NCBI GenBank assembly: GCA_964404005.1
Contig: CAYOIH010000001.1
Location: forward strand, 226-64,225
DNA length: 64,000 nt
Direction of reading: 5' to 3'
Source of the DNA: an uncultured Candidatus Saccharibacteria bacterium
GTDB taxonomy: Bacteria; Patescibacteriota; Minisyncoccia; Minisyncoccales; Staskawiczbacteraceae
Shown piece by piece: positions 47,824 to 56,710 of the stretch. Made by a program: the position numbers and the translations under genes. The first letter of the stretch is position 1. Every line of letters starts with the position of its first letter. The notes below the pieces were generated by a model. That model ran no database searches. It was not told where the DNA came from and saw only the letters and a program-made list of their open reading frames with translations.

Positions 47824-48735
47824 ATGGATTTAGAAAATAAAAAGATTTTAGTAACCGGCGGGTTGGGTTTTATCGGAAGCCACACAGTTTTAGCTTTATT
47901 AGAAAGAGGAGCTTGTATTGTTGTAGTAGATAATTTACCGTCAGCAGATATAAAAAGTATTGATGCCAGAATAAAATTTTATGATTTGGATATAGCAAGC
48001 GCATCTCTAGGGAAAGTTTTTAAAAGAGAAATCCCGGAAATTGTTTATCATTTTGCTTTTGATATTTCATTACATAAATCTTTAGGTGAGGACATCGGAC
48101 GGGAAAGTGTAAAAGCCATTTCTAATTTGTTAGAGAATTGTAATAAATACGGAGTTAAAAAATTTATATTAGCTTCTTCGGGCGCAGTTTATGGTAATCC
48201 GGAAAATTTTCCAATTAATGAAGGGGATCCGATGAAGCCAGTCGCCCCTTACGGCGTCATAAAAATTCTTGTAGAGGATTGCGTAAAGAAGTTGCACGGA
48301 TTAAATTATGTAATTTTAAGATATGCGACAGTTTACGGTCCTGGTCAGCGGGGAGGAGCGATGTCTGATTATATCCGCAAATTATCTTCTGGCGAGCAAG
48401 CAGATGTATGGGGGGATGGAAGCAAGACAAGAGATTATGTATATATAAATGACGTTGTTAGGGCCAATCTTCTGGCCCTTCAGGTGCCGGACGATTTCGA
48501 AGATCCAGTTTTTAATGTTAGTACGGGAGTGGAGACAACATTAAATGACCTCTATTATAAAGTAGCAGAACTCTTGAGTAAAAAAGCTGATCCCAGATAT
48601 TTGCCAGACAGGCCGGGAGAGCTAATGAGATATCAGTTAGATTATTCAAAAATAAAAAGAGTTTTAGGGTGGGAGCCAGAATATAGTTTGGAGAAGGGAT
48701 TAAAAAAAAGATTACACGAAGAAAATTTAATTTAA
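47824..48735 (+). CDS. NAD-dependent epimerase/dehydratase (UDP-hexose 4-epimerase-like SDR)
   Basis: KILVTGGLGFIGSHTV, YGVIKILVE (YxxxK). Confidence 0.75.
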   Translation: MDLENKKILVTGGLGFIGSHTVLALLERGACIVVVDNLPSADIKSIDARIKFYDLDIASASLGKVFKREIPEIVYHFAFDISLHKSLGEDIGRESVKAISNLLENCNKYGVKKFILASSGAVYGNPENFPINEGDPMKPVAPYGVIKILVEDCVKKLHGLNYVILRYATVYGPGQRGGAMSDYIRKLSSGEQADVWGDGSKTRDYVYINDVVRANLLALQVPDDFEDPVFNVSTGVETTLNDLYYKVAELLSKKADPRYLPDRPGELMRYQLDYSKIKRVLGWEPEYSLEKGLKKRLHEENLI

Positions 48736-48736
48736 T

Positions 48737-49600
48737 ATGCTTACTTTATTTTCAACGCCACGACCATTCAAGGGTTCTTTTAACAGGATTCAAAGGAATT
48801 CTATAGAAAGCTGGAAAGCAGTATGCCCCGACTGTCAAATTATTTTGTTTGAAGACGAAGACGGGACGACTTCTAAGATTGCGGAAGAATTACGGGTTGA
48901 GTGTGTAAAGAACCGTGAGTCTAGTAAATTTGGCACACCGCTGTTGAGTAGTTTATTCGATATCGCAAAAGAAAAATCCAAACATGAAATTATAGTTCAA
49001 ATAAGCACAGATATTATCTTAACTAATGATTTTTTGCCGTCAGTAAAAAAGGTAGTAGAAGCCATGGGCGATAAGCCGTTTTTAATGGCGGGGAGAAGGC
49101 GGGATTTAAATTTTGAAGAAAAAATTGACTTTACCCAAAAGGATTGGCAAATTAAAATAATAAATTTGGCCGAGAAGAAGGGAAGACTTCACGCTCCGTC
49201 TGCAATGGATTATTGGGTTTTGCCTCGCAATATGCCTTTGGAATTTCCCAAATTTATTATTGGGCGCCCCGGTACCGATAGCTGGCTGGTATATGAATTA
49301 AGAAAAAGGAAGATTTCTGTTATCAATTCAACCGAAGCCATTAGCGCCATTCACCAGAATCACAATTATCCGCAAAAAGGTAAGCCGTTTTTTGCAGTTG
49401 AAAAAGCCTATAATCTAAAGTTGGCAGGCGGATTTATGAATTTATTAACGTTGCGAGAAGCAGATTGGATTTTAACGAAAAATGGCTTAGAAAAGCCAAA
49501 ATTTCCCCAGCGTATTTTTTCCGAATTAGCTCTTTATTACCCATGGAGGCTTTTAATACTAATCAAACGAAAGATTGATATCTTATTAAACAGATGGTGA
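48737..49600 (+). CDS. hypothetical protein (possible nucleotide-diphospho-sugar transferase)
   Basis: no motif I recognise with confidence; conserved position inside glycan locus. Confidence 0.25.
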   Translation: MLTLFSTPRPFKGSFNRIQRNSIESWKAVCPDCQIILFEDEDGTTSKIAEELRVECVKNRESSKFGTPLLSSLFDIAKEKSKHEIIVQISTDIILTNDFLPSVKKVVEAMGDKPFLMAGRRRDLNFEEKIDFTQKDWQIKIINLAEKKGRLHAPSAMDYWVLPRNMPLEFPKFIIGRPGTDSWLVYELRKRKISVINSTEAISAIHQNHNYPQKGKPFFAVEKAYNLKLAGGFMNLLTLREADWILTKNGLEKPKFPQRIFSELALYYPWRLLILIKRKIDILLNRW

Positions 49601-50850
49601 ACAAAAAGATTGTTTATTTATTTTTAGTATTGCTTGTCGCGGCGATATCTTTGTCGCCCAGGCTTTCTTTGGGGCTTATACCAAACACCGGAAGAAGCGT
49701 TGACATAAGAGCAGAAGATATGGTCCTTTGCTTCAGTTTAATCTTGGGGATATTTCATATTTTGGCATCGGGCAGATGTAGATTTAAACGGCCACCACTG
49801 TTTTGGCCTATTTTGGCGTGGATTCTATTTGGTCTTTTCAGCGTGTTGGTAAATTTATTATTTAGGGATGTTAATTTAAAAATAACAATCTTTTATTTTT
49901 TAAAGGAGGTAGAATTTTTCCTTGTTTATTTCTTCGTCTTTTACTGCGCCAGGAGTATTGATCCTGGAAAGCGACTGATAAAATATTGGATATTTTTTTC
50001 TTTGGTAAATATTTTTTGGCTGGTTTATGTTTTTATTTTTAATATCCAGTGGTCTATACAGCCATATGGTCCGAATGCATTTATTGAACCAGGCGGTCCG
50101 TTTCCAAGCGGCGGATTTTTTTTGTTGCTTTTTATATTCTTTTTAAATCTTTTTATTTTTTATTACAGTAAATTAAATACTTCTAAAATCAAAAAAATGC
50201 TCCTTTTTGTTGTTTGCATTTTACCGGCGATAGGCGTGATGTGGTCCGGATCAATGGCGGCTACCATAGGGTTGTTTGTTTCCATAATTGTTTCTTTGTT
50301 TATATTATTTAAGGATCGGCTGGATTTTGCAGGGACAATTAAAATAATAATTTTAATAGCGGTAATTTTGGGAATTGTTATAGCTGCGATACGTGTATTG
50401 CCCGTGCCACAAAAAATAATTTCGTTTAAAAAAATAATTTTTGAATATGATTCAAATTCGCCGGTATCCAGGGGAGGAATTTTTGAGAGGAACTTAACTA
50501 CACTGGCAGAGCATCCGACATATTTAGTTTTTGGAGCGGGCGTTTTAGGCGAAGCCCATAGTCAGTATATGAGAGTGCTTTTAGAAAGAGGCATCATCGG
50601 ACTATTTTTATTTTTTTGGCTGATGTGGTCCATATTGAAAATCTCATATAATAGTTTTAAAGAAAAAGATGATTTATTCAAAAAAGGTCTAAGCGCCGGG
50701 CTATTTGTTGCTACTGTTTCCATGCTAATAATGGCTATTCCAAACGACGTTTTTATGGTGGTGAAGCCCGATGAAGTCTATTGGTTTTTTGCTGCAATGA
50801 CAATGGCGCTAATATCTATGCCTTCAGAAATAAAACAAACAGCCAATTAA
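49594..50850 (+). CDS. multi-TM membrane protein, putative O-antigen/glycan polymerase (Wzy-like)
   Basis: ~10-12 TM helices with one large loop; location between GTs. Confidence 0.4.
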   Translation: MVNKKIVYLFLVLLVAAISLSPRLSLGLIPNTGRSVDIRAEDMVLCFSLILGIFHILASGRCRFKRPPLFWPILAWILFGLFSVLVNLLFRDVNLKITIFYFLKEVEFFLVYFFVFYCARSIDPGKRLIKYWIFFSLVNIFWLVYVFIFNIQWSIQPYGPNAFIEPGGPFPSGGFFLLLFIFFLNLFIFYYSKLNTSKIKKMLLFVVCILPAIGVMWSGSMAATIGLFVSIIVSLFILFKDRLDFAGTIKIIILIAVILGIVIAAIRVLPVPQKIISFKKIIFEYDSNSPVSRGGIFERNLTTLAEHPTYLVFGAGVLGEAHSQYMRVLLERGIIGLFLFFWLMWSILKISYNSFKEKDDLFKKGLSAGLFVATVSMLIMAIPNDVFMVVKPDEVYWFFAAMTMALISMPSEIKQTAN

Positions 50851-50862
50851 TCCATTAATTCT

Positions 50863-51888
50863 ATGGCAGATCAATCATCAATATCTATAATTATTCCGTG
50901 CAGAAATGAGGAAAAATTTATTTCCAAATGCTTGGATTCGATTTTAAACAACGATTATCTCCGCCTTCATCAAGATTTCGGCGGACAGGCAAAAGATAAA
51001 ATGGAAATTTTTGTCGTCGACGGCATGAGCCGGGACAAGACCGCGGAAATAGTAAAAAAATATATAGAAAAATATCCATTTATAAAATTGCTGGATAATC
51101 CAAAATTTATTGCATCGGCGGCTTTAAATATAGGGATTAAGGCATCTAAGGGAGGTATTATTATAAGGATGGATGCGCATGCAATATATGATAAATGTTA
51201 TATTTCAAAATGCGTGAATTATTTAAAAATGAATGGCGCTGACAATGTTGGGGGAGTAATATCTATAATTCCCAGGACAAATACTCCGATTGGCAGGGGA
51301 ATAGCCAGGGCAACCTCTTCATTTTTAGGAACCGGGGGAGCCCGATATAAAACCGGTACTGAAAAATTTGAGGAAGTTGATACGGTTCCATTTGGATGTT
51401 TCAGAAGGGACGTGTTTGATAGAATTGGTTTTTTCAACGAAAATTTAAAGAGGAGTCAGGATATGGAATTTAATATAAGATTGAAAAAATCCGGAGGAAA
51501 AATTTATTTATTTACAGACATAGTTAGTCATTATTATGTAAGGTCAGAATTGAAAGATTTTTTTGTGCATAACTTTAAAGATGGAATTTGGGCGATTTAT
51601 CCTTTTAAATTTACTAAAAGACTTTTTAAACTAAGGCACTACATACCGCTAGTTTTTGTTTCCGGATTAATTATTACTTTTTTTCTGGGCATGCTTATAA
51701 AACCATTTTATTATATTTTCTTAGCTGAAATTTTGTTTTATATTTTGGTTATATTATATGCGGCGGTTGAAGTTTCTTTGAAAGAAAAAGATGCAACATG
51801 TCTATTTTCCCTGCCCATCGCATTAGCTACTCGGCATTTTGCCTACGGTTTTGGTTCAGTTTTTGGTATAATAAAATTGCTAATATGA
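50863..51888 (+). CDS. family 2 glycosyltransferase with C-terminal TM helices (polyprenol-phosphate glycosyltransferase-like)
   Basis: ISIIIPCRNEE...VVDGMSRDKTAEIV..RMDAHA; C-terminal 2 TM helices as in GtrB/ArnC-type enzymes. Confidence 0.7.
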   Translation: MADQSSISIIIPCRNEEKFISKCLDSILNNDYLRLHQDFGGQAKDKMEIFVVDGMSRDKTAEIVKKYIEKYPFIKLLDNPKFIASAALNIGIKASKGGIIIRMDAHAIYDKCYISKCVNYLKMNGADNVGGVISIIPRTNTPIGRGIARATSSFLGTGGARYKTGTEKFEEVDTVPFGCFRRDVFDRIGFFNENLKRSQDMEFNIRLKKSGGKIYLFTDIVSHYYVRSELKDFFVHNFKDGIWAIYPFKFTKRLFKLRHYIPLVFVSGLIITFFLGMLIKPFYYIFLAEILFYILVILYAAVEVSLKEKDATCLFSLPIALATRHFAYGFGSVFGIIKLLI

Positions 51889-52664
51889 TAGAAGAAAGAA
51901 AAAAAACAGAAATTAATCATTATGACAGAAAAGCATCGGAATGGTTAAAAAAAGAACAAAGAGGAGATTTTGAGGGATTCAACCCTTTTTTATTATCCGG
52001 TTATAAATTTTTGCAAGAATATTTAAGAGATAAATGTAAGGGCAAAAAAATATTAGATTACGGCTGTGGCAATGGAGTACATTATCCCTGGTTAGTAAAA
52101 TTTGGCGGAGAAGTTGTGGGCGTAGATTTGTCTGAAAAATCTTTAGAGGTAGCCAAAAAAATAGCAGAAAAAGGGGGGATAAGCGATAAGGCCAAATTTT
52201 TAATTGCAGATTGTGAAAGATTGGAATTTTCCGATAGTTCATTCGATATAATATTTGATGGCGGTACCTTCTCTTCTTTAGACCTAAATAAGGCATACCC
52301 AGAATTAGCTAGAGTTTTAAAGCCGGGAGGGTTTTTGATCGGTATAGAAACTTTTGGACATAATCCGTTCACAAATTTAAAAAGGCAGATTAATAAAATT
52401 GTAGGCAGAAGAACCGGCTGGGCAGCGTCTCATATATTCAGAAATGATGATATAAAAAAAGCAGATACTTTTTTCGGAAAGAAGCAAATATTTTATTTTC
52501 ACCTTATTTCTTGGGCCGCATTCCCTTTATTAAAAATCACAGGAGGTGTTTATCTTTTGAAAATATTGGAGGTTTTTGACAGGATTTTATTAAAAATTTC
52601 ATTCTTTAAAAAATATTCTTTTAAAGTAGTGTTTATATTTTCTGATCCCAAAAAACAATTATGA
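51885..52664 (+). CDS. class I SAM-dependent methyltransferase
   Basis: ILDYGCGNGVHYPWLVKFGGEVVGVDLSEKSLEVAKK, LKPGGFL; ATG at 51885 overlaps the previous stop (ATGA). Confidence 0.6.
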   Translation: MIEERKKTEINHYDRKASEWLKKEQRGDFEGFNPFLLSGYKFLQEYLRDKCKGKKILDYGCGNGVHYPWLVKFGGEVVGVDLSEKSLEVAKKIAEKGGISDKAKFLIADCERLEFSDSSFDIIFDGGTFSSLDLNKAYPELARVLKPGGFLIGIETFGHNPFTNLKRQINKIVGRRTGWAASHIFRNDDIKKADTFFGKKQIFYFHLISWAAFPLLKITGGVYLLKILEVFDRILLKISFFKKYSFKVVFIFSDPKKQL

Positions 52665-52668
52665 TAAA

Positions 52669-52745
52669 CCCCGTTAGAAATTTTACTAAATGGGGATAAT
52701 AAAATAAAGATAATTAGTATGAAAAAACCTGCTATTTCTAACGGG
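52669..52745. repeat. family-2 inverted-repeat element spanning the RBS and start codon of the PglC-like gene
   Basis: ccccgttagaaat (52669-52681) ... atttctaacgggg (52733-52745); the second arm encodes ISNG of the protein N-terminus. Confidence 0.55.
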
Positions 52746-53336
52746 GTAAAAAGATTGTTTGATATAATTTTTTCTGCGATAGGGTTGGTAATTACTTTTC
52801 CAATATTTTTATATGTGGTTTTTTTGATTAAAAGGGAATCGCCCGGGCCGATTTTTTATCGAGCACAAAGGATTGGTAAAAATAGAAAAGCTTTTGTAAT
52901 GTATAAATTTAGGACAATGGTTGTTGGCGCCGATAAAATTGGGGGACCATCAACCGCCGCCGACGACCCCAGGCTTACAAAAATCGGCTTATTTCTAAAG
53001 AAGTACCAACTTGATGAATTGCCCCAACTTATAAACGTTTTTAAAGGCGATATGAGTTTTGTGGGACCAAGGCCAGAAGTGAAGATATACGTTGATATGA
53101 TGACAGAAGAGGAAAAAAATGTTATCTTATCGGTACGTCCCGGTATTACAGACTTGGCATCATTATGGAACTTTCACGAGGCAGAAATATTAAAAGGAAG
53201 CACAGACCCGGAGAAAACATATATGGAGGAAATAAGACCCGAAAAGTTAAGACTCCAGCAAGAATATGTAAAAAAATCTTCTATTTGGCTGGACATTAAA
53301 ATAATTTGGCAGACGGTTTTAAAGGTATTTAAATAA
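52719..53336 (+). CDS. small initiating phosphoglycosyltransferase (bacterial sugar transferase, PglC/WbaP-C-terminal type)
   Basis: KRLFDIIFSAIGLV (re-entrant helix), PGPIFYRAQRIGKNRKAFVMYKFRTM, DELPQLINVFKGDMSFVGPRP. Confidence 0.8.
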   Translation: MKKPAISNGVKRLFDIIFSAIGLVITFPIFLYVVFLIKRESPGPIFYRAQRIGKNRKAFVMYKFRTMVVGADKIGGPSTAADDPRLTKIGLFLKKYQLDELPQLINVFKGDMSFVGPRPEVKIYVDMMTEEEKNVILSVRPGITDLASLWNFHEAEILKGSTDPEKTYMEEIRPEKLRLQQEYVKKSSIWLDIKIIWQTVLKVFK

Positions 53337-54133
53337 TGGAAAAAGGCTACAAACAATTAGCTAATAATGCTCGCAAAAAAGTTTTGGAAATGATTTGGAA
53401 AGCTCAATCCGGCCACATCGGCTCTAATTTTTCGGCAATAGATATACTGACCGTTTTATATAACATTGCCAATATAGATAAAAATATGGAGGAGGGCAGG
53501 GACAGAATAGTCGTTTCCAAGGGCTGGGTCGCAGCTTCAGTTTATTATTTTTTAGCGGAAAAGGGCATAATCCCTCAAAAGGATTTAGAAACTTATTGTC
53601 AAAAAGACAGCAAATATATCGGCCTAGCAGAGCCCAATATAAGGGGGATAGAAGCGGCCGGCGGATCGATGGGTTTTGGCCTGCCCTTTGGAGTCGGGTT
53701 TGCTTTAGCAAAAAAAATAAAAAAAGAGAAAGGTAAAGTTTTTGTTTTAATGTCTGACGGAGAGATAGGAGTAGGAACCACATGGGAGTCGGCCCTAATT
53801 GCCGTTCAACATAAGCTTGATAATTTAACTGTGATTATTGATGCAAATGGATTGCAGGCAATGGGAAAGGTAAAAGATATTTTAAATATTGAACCGCTAA
53901 AAGATAAATGGCTAGCGTTCGGTTGGGATGTTTATGAAATAGACGGTCATGATTTTGGACAAATAGAGGAGACAATTTTGGGTGCAGATAAAATAAAAGG
54001 AAAGCCCAGTGTTATAATTGCCAGAACAACAAAAGGCAAAGGAGTGAGTTTCATGGAGGGAAATAATATTTATCATTACAAAGCCCCATCTGACAAAGAA
54101 TATCAGGCGGCGCTAAAAGAATTATCAAAATAA
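53336..54133 (+). CDS. transketolase, N-terminal (ThDP-binding) subunit
   Basis: SGHIGSNFSAIDILTVLY, GSMGFGLP ThDP motif region. Confidence 0.75.
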   Translation: MEKGYKQLANNARKKVLEMIWKAQSGHIGSNFSAIDILTVLYNIANIDKNMEEGRDRIVVSKGWVAASVYYFLAEKGIIPQKDLETYCQKDSKYIGLAEPNIRGIEAAGGSMGFGLPFGVGFALAKKIKKEKGKVFVLMSDGEIGVGTTWESALIAVQHKLDNLTVIIDANGLQAMGKVKDILNIEPLKDKWLAFGWDVYEIDGHDFGQIEETILGADKIKGKPSVIIARTTKGKGVSFMEGNNIYHYKAPSDKEYQAALKELSK

Positions 54134-54136
54134 AAA

Positions 54137-54643
54137 ATGGCTGAAATAATAAAAAAACAAGATACAAGGCGCGAGTTTGCAAGCACTCTTATGGAATTAG
54201 CCCGAAAGGACAATAAGATTGTTTTAATTATTCCGGACGTTGGTTTTAACTATCTCGAGGAATTCCAGAAAAGTTTTCCTGACAGATTTTTTAATTTTGG
54301 CGTAACAGAGCAATCTGCCATGATAATTGCCGCGGGTTTGGCGCTGTCAGGATTTAAGCCGTATATATATAGTATGATTAATTTTGTTGTCTTCAGGCCA
54401 TATGAAATGGTCAGAAATGCTGTTTGCATGCACAACGCCAACGTAAAAATTATTGGAGTAAAAGGAAGCGAAAAATATAAATTTTTGGGTTTTAGTCACA
54501 ATCTGATTTCTGAAGACGAAGATATTAGGGCTGTAGAAAACCTTCCAAATTTTAAATCTTTTATTATTACAGACCCGAAAGAAGTCAGAAAAATCATTTT
54601 AGAAACATATCAAAATAATTCGCCTTGCTATATAAGAATTTAA
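54137..54643 (+). CDS. transketolase C-terminal-section-like subunit (pyrimidine-binding domain only, short)
   Basis: FFNFGVTEQSAMIIAAGLALSGFKPYIYSM; only 168 aa (typical C-terminal subunit ~310 aa). Confidence 0.6.
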   Translation: MAEIIKKQDTRREFASTLMELARKDNKIVLIIPDVGFNYLEEFQKSFPDRFFNFGVTEQSAMIIAAGLALSGFKPYIYSMINFVVFRPYEMVRNAVCMHNANVKIIGVKGSEKYKFLGFSHNLISEDEDIRAVENLPNFKSFIITDPKEVRKIILETYQNNSPCYIRI

Positions 54644-54651
54644 AACATTAG

Positions 54652-55590
54652 ATGAAAAAAAATTTTGAACAATTAAATAGCCCGGAATTTGGGGAAGCTG
54701 ATGAAGCAATAGAGAAGGAAAAAGTAGCTTATAGAGAAATTATTGGGTTACCCGAGGGTGAGGACCCCGATTTAATTCTTGTATTGGATGCTGGCATCGC
54801 CGAAAGGAAAGTTTTTGGCGAATCACGATACGTTCCCACTTCATATGAAGACGAGACCGGAAATTTTTCAGAGCAAGCCGTGGCCGATAAATCAAAATAT
54901 AACTTGCGCAAAACTGATCAAGGAAATTTTTTAGTTGGCGCAGGGGGCGGTAAGGCGCGGGTATTGGCTGTAAGGAATTTATCGGAGGTTTTTACCAATG
55001 TGGGTATAATTACAGATAGCCGATATCCTGTTGGCGAAAGCGATCAGCCGGATTTTCCCGAAGTTCATTCTCAAATATATAAAAGATATTTAGAGAGAGC
55101 AGGCATTCCTTCTGATAGAATAGAAGAAGAAAATGAATCAACGACAACTTTTGAAGGATTGATAAATTTTTTATTGATTGCTGTGAATGAAAAGAGAAAT
55201 CATCTTGTTGTTGTGACAAACGATTATCATTTACCAAGAACAGAAAAAATAATGGATCTTCTTATGGATAAGGAAAAGGCGCAGAAGCTAAGATATATAT
55301 TTGCAAGGATGCCCGAGGAATACCGAAGGAAGATAGGGGCAAAAATTGAGCACCATGATGACGGAGGGGTTGATTTGTCTTTTGATGACGAAGCATTTTT
55401 TGAAAAGCTGAAGGGTGTTTCCGTAATCGTCGTGTCCGCCGAGGATATCTTGGCCTATGATAATCCGCATTATAAAAATCTGTTTGATAAGGTTAGAAAT
55501 ACCGTCGCATATAAAAAGAGAGTAAATGCTGAGCAGAAAGGCATACGCCAGCTTGAAGATGGGGTATATGGTAAAATAAGAAAAGAATAA
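54652..55590 (+). CDS. DUF218 (YdcF/SanA/ElyC-like) domain protein
   Basis: HLVVVTNDYHLPRTEKIM resembles the VTSxYHMxRA core of DUF218. Confidence 0.4.
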   Translation: MKKNFEQLNSPEFGEADEAIEKEKVAYREIIGLPEGEDPDLILVLDAGIAERKVFGESRYVPTSYEDETGNFSEQAVADKSKYNLRKTDQGNFLVGAGGGKARVLAVRNLSEVFTNVGIITDSRYPVGESDQPDFPEVHSQIYKRYLERAGIPSDRIEEENESTTTFEGLINFLLIAVNEKRNHLVVVTNDYHLPRTEKIMDLLMDKEKAQKLRYIFARMPEEYRRKIGAKIEHHDDGGVDLSFDDEAFFEKLKGVSVIVVSAEDILAYDNPHYKNLFDKVRNTVAYKKRVNAEQKGIRQLEDGVYGKIRKE

Positions 55591-55603
55591 TTTAAAAAAT
55601 ATT

Positions 55604-56704
55604 ATGAGTAAAGTTCCATTTGTTGGATATAGAACCCAATATCAAAATTTAAAGCAAGAAATTGATTTTGCAATGCAGGATGTTTTGGCTAGAGGGGACT
55701 TGATTATGCGGAAAGATAACGATGAGTTTGAAAAGAAGCTAGCGGAATTTGTTGGTACAAAATATGCTATTGGATTGAATAGTGGAACAGACGCCTTATT
55801 TTTATCTTTGCTTGCCTTGAATATTGGGAAAGGAGACGAGGTAATAACGGTTTCCCACACGTTTGTTGCTTCAATAGCTGTTATAGTACAAACAGGAGCC
55901 GTGCCAGTACTGATTGAAGTTGGTGAAGATTTTGAAATGGACGCAGATAAAATTGAAGCTGCAATAACCAAAAATACAAAAGCAATTATTCCAGTCCATT
56001 ATAATGGCAGGATGGCCGATATGGATAGAATAATGGAAATTGCAAAAAAGCATAATCTTTATGTTATTGAAGATGCGGCTCAAGGGTTGGGGGCAAGTTT
56101 AAATGGGAAAAAAGCTGGCTCCATAGGCAATACCGGATGTTTTAGTTTTTATCCTGCAAAAATATTAGGATGCTTTGGAGATGGCGGAGCACTGACTACA
56201 AATGATGAAAAAATAATCGAGAAAATAAAATTATTAAGAGATCACGGCCAGAAAACAAAAACAGAATTGGTTTGTTTTGGCTGGAATTCAAGATTGGATA
56301 ATTTGCAAGCAGCTGTTTTAAATGTAAAAATGAATTATTTACCGCAGTGGCTGGAAAGAAGGCGTGATATAGCAAAAACTTATAATGCCGGGTTGGCTGA
56401 TGTAAAACAAGTAAAAACTCCTTTTGGGTTTGAATCGGAGGATAGATACGATGTTTTTCAAAATTATGTTTTGAGAGCAGAAAAAAGAGATGAATTGTAC
56501 GGCTTCTTAAAAGAAAAAGAAGTAGAAACACTGATAAAAGATCCTGTGGCAAATCACCTGCAGGAAGGTTTAAATCTTTCTTATTTCAGTCTTCCTTTCA
56601 CGGAACTGCTTTCCAAAGAAGTTATTTCTTTGCCGATGTATCCGGAATTAATAGATGAACAAATAAAATACGTCGTAGGGTGCATTAAAGATTTTTATAA
56701 GTAG
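55604..56704 (+). CDS. DegT-family aminotransferase (PglE/ArnB-like)
   Basis: GLNSGTDALFLSL, SFYPAKILGCFGDGG lysine region. Confidence 0.8.
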   Translation: MSKVPFVGYRTQYQNLKQEIDFAMQDVLARGDLIMRKDNDEFEKKLAEFVGTKYAIGLNSGTDALFLSLLALNIGKGDEVITVSHTFVASIAVIVQTGAVPVLIEVGEDFEMDADKIEAAITKNTKAIIPVHYNGRMADMDRIMEIAKKHNLYVIEDAAQGLGASLNGKKAGSIGNTGCFSFYPAKILGCFGDGGALTTNDEKIIEKIKLLRDHGQKTKTELVCFGWNSRLDNLQAAVLNVKMNYLPQWLERRRDIAKTYNAGLADVKQVKTPFGFESEDRYDVFQNYVLRAEKRDELYGFLKEKEVETLIKDPVANHLQEGLNLSYFSLPFTELLSKEVISLPMYPELIDEQIKYVVGCIKDFYK

Positions 56705-56710
56705 AAATTT

